NCBI GenBank assembly: GCA_051745145.1
Contig: JBNJDT010000001.1
Coordinates: forward strand, 41,645 to 105,644
Direction of reading: 5' to 3'
Source: Elusimicrobiota bacterium
GTDB lineage: Bacteria; CG03; SLGR01; JAGXOG01
DNA: 64,000 bases
Of the stretch, positions 19,749-29,295 are shown piece by piece (the first letter of the stretch is position 1; each line of letters opens with the position of its first letter). The notes under the pieces were generated by a model. It saw only the letters and a list, made by a program, of their open reading frames with translations. It ran no database searches and was not told the DNA's origin. Made by a program: the position numbers and the translations under genes.

Positions 19749-21622
19749 TAACTTTTCAACTCAAAGGGAGAGATATAAGACCCGTATTTTTCTTCTGCTT
19801 CACGGAGGCGGGTCTTCTGCTTATTAAGAGCATCAAACAATTTTTGGGGAGTATCTTTAATATCCTCATATATTTTTACTATTCTCTCTATTTTATCCAG
19901 GAGTTCGGGCACTCTTACGGTAAACTGCTCTTCATAATCCTTTTTACTGTAAGATTTATTCAGAACCTCCCGGAAAAGCTCTTTTAAATCAGCATAGACA
20001 GGGATATATCCTGTAGGCGTCTTAATAGCCTCTACTTCGTCATTAACTCTAAGTTCCATCCATTTTAGCCAGACTTTTTTGTCTTCTATGGCATTTAAAA
20101 ACTCCCCTTTATCATTTCTGAGAAAATAGTTTGCTGAAAAAATACTGGGAACAGAATCAATATTCTGGGGAACATTACAATTTTGCTCGAGGTATTCATT
20201 AATCGGCACCGACATAAAATCTAAATTTGACATAAGATTAAACTTTCTTACGCCCTCTTCTCCTAAAGTTGCCGCTGTAGTCTCCGATTCAAGAGTTGCC
20301 CCTTTGGTAAGAATGCCGTGCTCCCAGTTATAGGCTTCCTCTACGGGTACGCAGGTATCCGAATCTCTTCCCCCGTATATAACCCCGCCTACCGGCACCC
20401 CGTCCGGATCGTCGGCCCGTTCATCCTGATTATCCAGTTCACTTATACTTATAGTAAACCGGGCATTTTTATGGGATGGGGTTACCGGCCTGCCGTTTTC
20501 ATCCTTTTTATCTTTATGCCACTCTCCGGAATAATTTATGCCGGACTCCGGTTTTTCCCGCTGATCGCCCAACCAGTAGGGTTTACCGTCTTTAATTAAT
20601 ACATTGGAAAAGATCACTTCCCCTTCGGAATTTATAGCATCCCAGATAACCGGCTGGCCCTCTTTGTTAACATCTCTTATTATGCCGAAAATACCTTTCT
20701 CAACATTTACAGCTCTCAATTTTCCGGCGATAGGACGCAAATAAGCTATATCATCCCCCACTATAGTTTCTCCATTTATCATGGCCGTGGAAGTTTTCCC
20801 GCAGGCCGAAGGATAAGCTCCCGTAAAATATGTTATCCTCTCTTTGGGACCGTGTACCCCCATTACAAACATATGTTCGGTAAGCCAATCTTCAGATACG
20901 GCTTTATTAATTGCCAGTCTCATGGCCAGTTTCTTTAACCCTACCGTATTACCGGCATACTGGGTATTTGTAGTATAAACTGTATTTTCCCCAAGATCTA
21001 TATAGACTCTGCGTTTGTCAATCTCTTTAGAAACTCCGTTTTCAAGTATTCCGGCAGTATGTACAAATTTAAAGAAATCCTCCCCCTCGCCGGTCTTTAA
21101 AAACTGGTCATACCCCGTTCTGTAAAGAATTCCTTCAGAATGCATAACGTAACTGGAATCAGTTATCTGAAGAGCGGGAAGAGAAAACTCCGAATTTCTG
21201 GGCCCAAGGCAGAAAAAACCCACATACATTTCTTTCCCTTCCATAGAATCTTTTAAATATTGGTGTACTTCCTTTAAACCTTCTTCTCTTTGGGTACTAT
21301 TTATATTACTGCCTATTTCAGTCCGGGGTGTTACAAGATATTTAGTATTTTCCTTATCCCGGGCCTGGTCGTTTTTACCGTCAAAATGGACAGTATGACC
21401 ATCGGTTTTCAACTCTTTTTCTTCACCGTTTTCTATGGCCTTAGTCCTAATGTAATCAGCATCCTCCGGGGAATCTCCTCTCACAAATACAGAATCGGGA
21501 TTACAGTGTTTTACATACTTTGCTATGAAATTCACAACTTTTTCGCCGGGAATATTTTTCAGCTTCGCAAAACTCTCTTCACTACATTTTTTTCTTAAAA
21601 GTTTTTCAATTTCTTTGTTCAT
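19748..21622 (-). CDS. pckG: GTP-dependent phosphoenolpyruvate carboxykinase
   Basis: YAGNTVGLKK, WLTEHM, YPSACGKT, VGDDIA, HKNARF, YGGRD. Confidence 0.92.
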   Translation of the reverse strand: MNKEIEKLLRKKCSEESFAKLKNIPGEKVVNFIAKYVKHCNPDSVFVRGDSPEDADYIRTKAIENGEEKELKTDGHTVHFDGKNDQARDKENTKYLVTPRTEIGSNINSTQREEGLKEVHQYLKDSMEGKEMYVGFFCLGPRNSEFSLPALQITDSSYVMHSEGILYRTGYDQFLKTGEGEDFFKFVHTAGILENGVSKEIDKRRVYIDLGENTVYTTNTQYAGNTVGLKKLAMRLAINKAVSEDWLTEHMFVMGVHGPKERITYFTGAYPSACGKTSTAMINGETIVGDDIAYLRPIAGKLRAVNVEKGIFGIIRDVNKEGQPVIWDAINSEGEVIFSNVLIKDGKPYWLGDQREKPESGINYSGEWHKDKKDENGRPVTPSHKNARFTISISELDNQDERADDPDGVPVGGVIYGGRDSDTCVPVEEAYNWEHGILTKGATLESETTAATLGEEGVRKFNLMSNLDFMSVPINEYLEQNCNVPQNIDSVPSIFSANYFLRNDKGEFLNAIEDKKVWLKWMELRVNDEVEAIKTPTGYIPVYADLKELFREVLNKSYSKKDYEEQFTVRVPELLDKIERIVKIYEDIKDTPQKLFDALNKQKTRLREAEEKYGSYISPFELKS

Positions 21623-21707
21623 AATATTCTCCTATTTTTTTTACTGCTTTTAATTAATTATACTCTGATATTTTAGGGGGTTTATTATCTAAATTTAAGA
21701 CCATTTG

Positions 21708-22634
21708 TCAAATAAGAAAGATTAAATATATAATATATCCGGCTAAAAGTATGGCTCCGCCCCAGCGTTCTATCTTTTCCCCCAAAAAGGCCGCCGGAAA
21801 TAAAAGTAAAGTAAATATCAAAACAGCAGGGGCCTGAAAAAGATATTCTCCTTTTACAATATTTACAGGTGAAATTATACTTGCCCCTCCGGCAATCAAA
21901 AATGTATTTATTATATTGGAGCCCACTATTGTACCCAGGCTTATTTCCGGTTTTTTCTTTATACTGCCTGAAAGAACAACGGCAACTTCCGGAAGAGAAG
22001 TCCCCACTGCCACGGCAGTTATTCCGATAATCGCCTCGGAAATTCCGAAATTCACAGCAATTTCAGTAGCTGTATCTACAATTATCTTAGCTCCGAAATA
22101 CAGACCGGTCGCCCCGGCAATAAAAAATATTATCCCCCAGCTTAAAGATTTTTGGGATACCCGGGCTTCTTTATCCAGCCGGGAATCCAATTTATGCCTG
22201 TATATTAGGAAAAAAACATATAAGACAAAAGCTATTATAAAAAATTTTCCTTCAAATCCTGTAAAAACCAGATCCCGGGTTACTATAAATAAACCCAGAG
22301 CTGAAATTAATAATATCCAGTAATCGTATTTTTTTACATCTTTTTCCACAGGTACCGGAAACACAAAAGCTCCCAATCCCAGGGCCAATCCTATGTTTGC
22401 AATATTAGAGCCCACTACATTCCCCAGGGAGATATTGGAACTTCCCACACCGGCGGCCAGCCAGGATACTATTAATTCCGGCAAAGATGTGCCTACGGCT
22501 CCCACAGTTAAACCTATAATAAGAGTAGATACTCCCAGAGAACCGGCTATCATGCTCCCGCCTTCAATAAATTTATTTGCCCCAAACCACAAAAACATTA
22601 TACCTAAAAAAAATAATGCTATTGAATACAGCAT
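21708..22634 (-). CDS. Calcium/sodium antiporter (YrbG family)
   Basis: Two alpha repeats GTSLPE...GNVVGSNIAN and GTSLPE...GTIVGSNIIN; about 10 TM helices. Confidence 0.9.
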   Translation of the reverse strand: MLYSIALFFLGIMFLWFGANKFIEGGSMIAGSLGVSTLIIGLTVGAVGTSLPELIVSWLAAGVGSSNISLGNVVGSNIANIGLALGLGAFVFPVPVEKDVKKYDYWILLISALGLFIVTRDLVFTGFEGKFFIIAFVLYVFFLIYRHKLDSRLDKEARVSQKSLSWGIIFFIAGATGLYFGAKIIVDTATEIAVNFGISEAIIGITAVAVGTSLPEVAVVLSGSIKKKPEISLGTIVGSNIINTFLIAGGASIISPVNIVKGEYLFQAPAVLIFTLLLFPAAFLGEKIERWGGAILLAGYIIYLIFLI

Positions 22635-22895
22635 TTTAAGCCGGAATTCCTATATATATTACCGATGCTATAGTATTTTTTTTGGCCACTTTTTACCTAA
22701 AACTTCTTTTATATAATATGTTTATCATCTTTTTTCTCTGCAGTCCTGATTTAACTTCCCGTAATTATAATTTAATATCCTGTTTTATTGTTCTAATTTT
22801 TTACATATCCCGAACTTTAAAGTCAAATTACCTTAGACCGCTGCTATTAACTCTAATAATTTTATATAGATAATTAATTTGCCTGACTTTTATAT

Positions 22896-22924
22896 TTGCA
22901 AAAAAAAAATAAAATTGTTATTAT
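22896..22924 (+). promoter_or_regulatory. Putative sigma70 promoter of the large surface protein gene
   Basis: TTGCAA-17 bp-TATTAT with extended -10 TG; an A10 run extends from the -35 element into the spacer. Confidence 0.4.
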
Positions 22925-23015
22925 AATGGGGAATAATGAGAATAATTAATTAAAATTTTTATATTAATAATGCTATTATTTTATCTAAAATTTATTATTA
23001 GTTAAATGAAAATCC

Positions 23016-26000
23016 ATGATTTCCAAACTTAATTTTTTCCGGCACTTAACAGATTTTCCAATCCGAATTCTTACTTGTAAGAAATTATCGCTAATTTTCT
23101 TGCTTTTAGCTGGCATTGTCGCCACCCCTGCACACGCTCAAGAACCTAAGCTGGTAGGGGCCCAGACCTATTCTGCGGCCGGCGTGCTAAACAGCGTCGC
23201 TACCGATTCCAATGATTACATATATTCTGCGGGAAAAAAGATTCCCGGGGACTATGAGGCCACCACTGACTGGGTATATCTTAAAACCAGTTACCAAAAA
23301 GGCTGGTACTGGTGGTGGTATGACCGGTGGATAAATCACTTTACTCTGGTAAAAGATTTTTCCGGTGGTTTAAACGACGAGGCAACCTCTATAACTTTAG
23401 GGGATACCTATGCATACATGACCGGATTTGTCGAAGAATTACATACCTGGACTTATGAATATGAAGATTTAGATGGAAACCAGCAGCAAGAAGAGGTCAG
23501 TATGCCCCTTCCCCAGGCTTACCTGTGGCAATACACCACAGGAGGCAGTCAAAACAGGATGATTTCTCTACCAGGATACACCCAGTCCGAATTTATGGGC
23601 AGCAGTGTGGACAGCAGCAACAATATTTATACCGGGTATTACGCCGGCGAAATAACAGATGACGACCCTGAAAACTTACAGTTTGAATACGAGATAGGTT
23701 TAATAAGTTTTTCATCCGGCGGTTCAGAAATTGACCGCCATCAATACGAGACCGGCACCGGCAGTTCAAACGATATGGAAAGTATCGACATTAATGAAAC
23801 TTTTGTGCGGGGAAATTATGTCTATGTAGTCGGGGAACAGTCGGGCGATATGACAAGAAAAGCTTTTGTCGCCAAACACGATATAAACACCCTAGATGAA
23901 GTCTGGTTTAAAACCGTTGGCGACTTTGATCTGGATGCCCAGGATAGTTCGGGGATGGATGTAGCTGTAGATTCTAACGATAATGTATTTTTTACGGTTT
24001 CCTACTCCGATTATGCCCGGCTTATTAAACTTAATTCCGACGGTTCTTTAAACAGCCATAAAAAGGAGCAGGCATCAGGCACTACCCGCATGGGAGGATT
24101 AGCTTTAAAAGATGCCGATAATGAGATATATGTTTCCGGTGAATACGACGGTAAGGCAGCATTTTTTAAATACGATACCGACCTTAACCAACAATATATT
24201 TATGATGTATCCCAGGATGAGCCCAATGCTTACCCGACTGATGTCTCTATAAGCGCAAATAATGATATAGTTCTGGTCGGTACAGACGAAGTCGGGGACG
24301 AATCCCGGCTATGGGTAGCAAAATACAGGGAATTTGAATCTACCCAATTAATGCAACTGGAAGTTGACCCCGGATATTTAGAACCCTCATTCCAGGTGGA
24401 ACAATCCACCTATGATGTTACGGTAAGCTCTGATGTAAATACAATTGATGTAACCGCCACCCTGGCCGATGAAAGTTCTTCCTTAACTGTTGACGGTAAA
24501 AGTGCTGAAAGCGGAGAACCTGAAACAGTTGATCTTAACAATTCCACGGGTACTACAACTGAAATAGATGTAGTAATTACAGATAATGACAGTAATACAG
24601 AGACTTACACTCTTTATGTATACCGATCCGGAGAAATACTTAATGACAGCGCCAAACTGGGTAATTTAACCGTAGATCACGGATTATTAAATCCGGGGTT
24701 TGCATCCGGTACTACCGAATACGATGTCGATGTAGCCTGGGATGTCGCAAGCATAGGCGTAACTCCCACCCTTTCCGGGGATAATCCAAACGCCGTAATA
24801 GAAGTTAACCATAAACGGATAAACGACAATACTACTGAAGAAATCCCCCTTAATGAGGGCGGTACGACCACGGATATAGAAGTTTTAGTTATTTCAGAGG
24901 ACGGCAGTGCCCAGACAACATATACTATTACTGTCAACAGAGATGCGCCGTCGCAGGATGCGGATCTAAATGATCTGGACCTAAATCCCGGAAATTTAGA
25001 GCCGGGCTTTGATTCCCAGGATACAGACTACAACGTAAAGGTAAGTTCTGATGTTACAGCTACAGATGTAACTGCTACCCTATCCGATTCAGACGCTTCA
25101 CTAACAATTGATGATAATCAGGCTACCTCCGGGAACCCGGAAACTATAACCTTAGGTGGGCCGGGATCAGAGACGAAAATAGATGTCATGGTTACCGCCG
25201 CCGACAATGAAACTACAAAAACTTATACCGTATATGTAAAAAGATCAGAACAGATGCTTAATGACAATGCCAACTTAGATTATCTTATGATTACCCCCGG
25301 GGAGTTAGAACCGGGGTTTGATTCATCTACTCTTGACTATACTGTAGATGTCGCCCATGATGTTGAAGAAGTTGATTTAACGGCTTACCCTGAAGATATC
25401 CAGAACGCTTTTGTTTCAATTGACGGTACGCGCGCTGAAAACGGTACAAAAACTATTAATCTTAATTCAGCAGGCTCTTCTACTGTAATAGATATTACCG
25501 TAAGCGCAGAAGACGGTGAAACCGAAAAATCTTATACCGTGACTGTAAATAGAGCTGCAGCTCCGCCATCTGATAACGCAAATTTATCCGGTTTAACGAT
25601 ATCCCCGGGTACACTTGACCCCGTATTTGACAGTTACATCACCGACTATGACGTTGAAGTGGCTTCTGATATCGGCAATGTCGATGTTTCTGCCACGGCG
25701 GACGATACAAATGCAACTCTAACCATTGACGGAGATAGCGTTAGCAGTAAAAACATAACTCTTAATCCTGCCGGGGAAACAAAAAATATAGATATTGTAG
25801 TTACCGCAGAAAATGGTTCCACTAAAGAATATTCCATACTGGTAAAAAGACTGGCTCCACCCTCCGGTGATGCCGACCTCGATGATCTGGACTTGGACCC
25901 TGGCAACTTAAAGCCGGCATTTTCTGCTGGTGAGACCAGCTACAACGTAAAGGTCAGTTCCGACGTTGAAAATACCGATGTAACAGCTTTTCTATCGGAC

Positions 26001-28316
26001 AAAAACGCCGGGCTTAAAATTAACGGGGATCCTGTTTCAGGCGGCGAATCTGAGAGAGTTTATCTCAGTGGAGATGGCTCCACCACCACCATAACAATTA
26101 ATGTTACTGCCGAAGACGGTACTACTACAAAAACTTATACTGTAGATGTATACCGACTGCACCGGTACGATGACCCTCTCAATGATGATACCGACCTGGA
26201 AGATATGTCAGTTAACCCCGGAGAATTAGAACCGGAATTCACTTCTTATACCACAAACTACGAAGCCGAGGTGGCCCACGATGTTACCGAAGTAATTTTA
26301 ACTTCTACCCGCTCCGATACAAACGCAATAGCCGAAATCAACGGCAGCCGGATAGATAGCGGCGAGCATAAAACAATTGCTCTTAATGACGAGACTACTA
26401 CCACCGAAATAGATATTAAAGTTACAGCTGAGGACGGTGATACCCAAAAGACTTATACCGTTACTGTCGAAAGAAATCCGTCTACTGATGCACGTCTAAA
26501 TAATTTATCTATCGATCCGGGCAGTCTTTCACCGAGTTTCAGTACCGGAACTTTTAGCTACACCTCTAACGTGGGACCGGCAACAGGAACAGTAAACATA
26601 ACCGCCGGACTATCCGATACTAATGCCTCTTTAAAAATTAATGGCTTTGCCGCTACTAATAATCAGGCTGAAACTGTTTCTTTAAATCCAAAAGATTCAA
26701 CAACTACTATAGATATTGTAGTTACAGCTGAAGACGAATCTACGACAAAAACTTATACTGTTAAAATATACCGGGATCCTTCCGATAATACAGACCTTAC
26801 CGAACTGGATCTGCATCCCGGAAATTTAGATTCTCCCTTTGATAATTCTACTACTTTGTATACCGCAAAAGTAAGTTCTAATGTAGAGGAGACTGAAATA
26901 ACCGCTACCCTTTCCGATGAAAACGCTGGTTTAAAAATTGACAACGCAACAGCTTCAAGCGGCGAAGCTGAAACTATCGAACTGGGAGTAAAAGGAACGA
27001 CAACAACAGTATATACCACTATTACCGCTCAAGACGGGGTTTCCCAGGCTACTTACACAGTAAAAGTTTACAGGTCAGAAAAAATACTTAACGACAACGC
27101 CTCACTTACAAATATGTATGTCGTACCCGGATATTTAGAGCCTAATTTTTCAGCCGGTATTACAGATTATGATGTAAATTTAGATTACGACGATGACGCT
27201 ATCAGTATCACCCCTGTTCTATCAGATAAAAAAGCTATAGTAAATATAAATGATAGTAGAGTTGAAAGCGGTAGCCAGAAGACGGTCAACTTAAACAACC
27301 CCGGATCGGAGACTGTAATAGATATTGTAGTTACAGCCGAAGACGGTTTTACAAAACGCAGCTACAAAATTACAGTAACAAGAGCGTCCGGACCCGGCTA
27401 CCGGGCCCTCTTATCAGCCCTAAATTTAAATCCGGGAAATTTAGACAAACAATTTAATAAAAATATTACCGGTTATAAAACTAAGGTAAGCTCCAATGTC
27501 ACAGCTATTGATATTACCGCTACTCTTTTAGATGAAAATGCTTCTATGTCTATTATCGGGGATGAAACTGACAGCGGAACACCAAAAACCGTATCAATCG
27601 GCCGGAAAGGTTCAACGACAACTGTCGAAATACTGGTTACATCCGCCGACGGCGAAAACGAAAAGATTTACACTGTCAGTATAGTCCGGTCCACTGTAAT
27701 GCTTAATGACAATGCCTTTTTAATAAACCTACTGATTACCCCCGGGGAATTAGAACCGCTTTTTTCTAAAAATGCCACTAAGTATGAAGTTGAAGTAGAA
27801 TACAACGTCGGCCAGATTCAAATTATCCCCTTTATTGCCGATAAAAAAGGAATTATAGAAATTAATAATAACAGAACCGCAGACGGTAAACCGGAAACTA
27901 TTGCTCTGGGGTCCCCGGGTACAGAAACTAAAATAACGGCCACGGCAACTGCCGAAAATGGCGCCAGCTCAAAAGAGTATCAAATCACTGTACTTAAAGG
28001 TATCTTATCGGAAGTGGAAGACCCCTACGATGAGGTGTACGTGGTGGGAGGTAAAGAAGGATTTATTAATCTGAATACCGGTGAAAAACCTAAAATTTAT
28101 TTTACCGCCCAAGAAAGCGGAGAAGTAAGATATACTATCTACACCCTTAATGCAGATCTGGTTTATGAAGATGTAATGTATACCGGCAAAGGGGAAAATT
28201 ATATTGAATGGGATGTAACTAATTTCAGGAATAATACCGTAGAACCGGGAATTTATATTATACGGCTGGAAGGCCCCGGTTTTGAAGAACAGAGGAAAAT
28301 ACCTATTCTCAAATGA
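23016..28316 (+). CDS. Large secreted surface protein: beta-propeller-like N-terminus, 12 cadherin-like beta-sandwich repeats, C-terminal FlgD-Ig/T9SS-CTD-like domain
   Basis: Signal peptide ending AHA-Q; repeated DSxxNIY/VYVxG propeller blades; repeats L..L...PG.L.P.F....Y...VTAEDG...Y.V.V.R; C-terminal IYTLNADLV...WDVTN...VEPGIYIIRL. Confidence 0.8.
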   Translation: MISKLNFFRHLTDFPIRILTCKKLSLIFLLLAGIVATPAHAQEPKLVGAQTYSAAGVLNSVATDSNDYIYSAGKKIPGDYEATTDWVYLKTSYQKGWYWWWYDRWINHFTLVKDFSGGLNDEATSITLGDTYAYMTGFVEELHTWTYEYEDLDGNQQQEEVSMPLPQAYLWQYTTGGSQNRMISLPGYTQSEFMGSSVDSSNNIYTGYYAGEITDDDPENLQFEYEIGLISFSSGGSEIDRHQYETGTGSSNDMESIDINETFVRGNYVYVVGEQSGDMTRKAFVAKHDINTLDEVWFKTVGDFDLDAQDSSGMDVAVDSNDNVFFTVSYSDYARLIKLNSDGSLNSHKKEQASGTTRMGGLALKDADNEIYVSGEYDGKAAFFKYDTDLNQQYIYDVSQDEPNAYPTDVSISANNDIVLVGTDEVGDESRLWVAKYREFESTQLMQLEVDPGYLEPSFQVEQSTYDVTVSSDVNTIDVTATLADESSSLTVDGKSAESGEPETVDLNNSTGTTTEIDVVITDNDSNTETYTLYVYRSGEILNDSAKLGNLTVDHGLLNPGFASGTTEYDVDVAWDVASIGVTPTLSGDNPNAVIEVNHKRINDNTTEEIPLNEGGTTTDIEVLVISEDGSAQTTYTITVNRDAPSQDADLNDLDLNPGNLEPGFDSQDTDYNVKVSSDVTATDVTATLSDSDASLTIDDNQATSGNPETITLGGPGSETKIDVMVTAADNETTKTYTVYVKRSEQMLNDNANLDYLMITPGELEPGFDSSTLDYTVDVAHDVEEVDLTAYPEDIQNAFVSIDGTRAENGTKTINLNSAGSSTVIDITVSAEDGETEKSYTVTVNRAAAPPSDNANLSGLTISPGTLDPVFDSYITDYDVEVASDIGNVDVSATADDTNATLTIDGDSVSSKNITLNPAGETKNIDIVVTAENGSTKEYSILVKRLAPPSGDADLDDLDLDPGNLKPAFSAGETSYNVKVSSDVENTDVTAFLSDKNAGLKINGDPVSGGESERVYLSGDGSTTTITINVTAEDGTTTKTYTVDVYRLHRYDDPLNDDTDLEDMSVNPGELEPEFTSYTTNYEAEVAHDVTEVILTSTRSDTNAIAEINGSRIDSGEHKTIALNDETTTTEIDIKVTAEDGDTQKTYTVTVERNPSTDARLNNLSIDPGSLSPSFSTGTFSYTSNVGPATGTVNITAGLSDTNASLKINGFAATNNQAETVSLNPKDSTTTIDIVVTAEDESTTKTYTVKIYRDPSDNTDLTELDLHPGNLDSPFDNSTTLYTAKVSSNVEETEITATLSDENAGLKIDNATASSGEAETIELGVKGTTTTVYTTITAQDGVSQATYTVKVYRSEKILNDNASLTNMYVVPGYLEPNFSAGITDYDVNLDYDDDAISITPVLSDKKAIVNINDSRVESGSQKTVNLNNPGSETVIDIVVTAEDGFTKRSYKITVTRASGPGYRALLSALNLNPGNLDKQFNKNITGYKTKVSSNVTAIDITATLLDENASMSIIGDETDSGTPKTVSIGRKGSTTTVEILVTSADGENEKIYTVSIVRSTVMLNDNAFLINLLITPGELEPLFSKNATKYEVEVEYNVGQIQIIPFIADKKGIIEINNNRTADGKPETIALGSPGTETKITATATAENGASSKEYQITVLKGILSEVEDPYDEVYVVGGKEGFINLNTGEKPKIYFTAQESGEVRYTIYTLNADLVYEDVMYTGKGENYIEWDVTNFRNNTVEPGIYIIRLEGPGFEEQRKIPILK
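24342..28001 (+). repeat. 12 tandem ~100-aa cadherin-like domain repeats
   Basis: Repeat starts counted in the translation: TQLMQL, AKLGNL, ADLNDL, ANLDYL, ANLSGL, ADLDDL, TDLEDM, ARLNNL, TDLTEL, ASLTNM, ALLSAL, AFLINL. Confidence 0.8.
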
Positions 28317-29287
28317 TTTTTTTTATGAAAAAATATAAAATATTTTCGTCTCTTATTACTCTATTAGTTTTCATCTGCGCAGATACTTACGGAGAAAGCG
28401 GAGAAGCGGCGGGCATCACCTTAACTAAACCTGTAACAGCTTCCCAGGCAGTTTTATACAATGCGGTTTCCGGGGACACCGGTTTAAAAACTTTTGGAGT
28501 TAATCCCGCGGGCTTAACAGGCCTGGAAAAAAGAGAATTATCATTTATGTACAACCGGGGACATTTTGAAGATGATTTTGTGTCGGCAACCTACGGACAG
28601 CAGATTTATTCAGTATATATCGGAGCCAATGTAATTTATAGAACCACCGGTAAAGTAGGTATTTATACCTCCGGCGGTGAATACGTAAAAGAGATAGGGC
28701 AGGAAGACACTGTTTTTTCTTTAACCGCTTCCCTGCCGGGGATACCCGGGTATAACATGCCGGTGGGTATTAATTTAACTATGTTAGAATCCAGTATTTT
28801 TGGATATTCTGCTACATCTTATCTTATAGATGCCGGTACCCAGAAAACAATAAATTTTAAAAATAGCAATTTGCGGTTAGGGGCTAGCCTGAGAAATCTC
28901 GGTACAAAACTTAAATATTTAGAAAAATATTCAGATATACCCTCTTCAATGCAGACGGGTTTAAAATATTCTATAGCCATAGGGGAGGATAAATTATCTG
29001 CAAATTCTGATTTAAACTTCCCCCTTAATTCTAAAGATATTTATCTTATGGGGGGCTTGGATTATAAAGTGATTTTAAATACTGAAGGCACTTTTACCAG
29101 AGGTGGAGTTTTTGACAGTTTAACTTTTATGACAGGAGGAAAAATGAATATAAATTCAGAAAATTCTAATCCCAGAATAAATTTAGGTTTGGAGATAGAA
29201 ACAAAACCTTATACATTCAGCTATGTAATGAATCTGGTTCAAGACATTAATTTAGGTCACTATATATCTTTAGGATTTAAACTTTAA
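28313..29287 (+). CDS. PorV/PorQ (UPF0164)-like outer-membrane beta-barrel protein
   Basis: Signal peptide, NPAGL motif, DAG, GASLRNLG, terminal SLGFKL beta-signal; ATGA overlap with the upstream gene. Confidence 0.7.
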   Translation: MIFFMKKYKIFSSLITLLVFICADTYGESGEAAGITLTKPVTASQAVLYNAVSGDTGLKTFGVNPAGLTGLEKRELSFMYNRGHFEDDFVSATYGQQIYSVYIGANVIYRTTGKVGIYTSGGEYVKEIGQEDTVFSLTASLPGIPGYNMPVGINLTMLESSIFGYSATSYLIDAGTQKTINFKNSNLRLGASLRNLGTKLKYLEKYSDIPSSMQTGLKYSIAIGEDKLSANSDLNFPLNSKDIYLMGGLDYKVILNTEGTFTRGGVFDSLTFMTGGKMNINSENSNPRINLGLEIETKPYTFSYVMNLVQDINLGHYISLGFKL

Positions 29288-29295
29288 GGTCTGCC

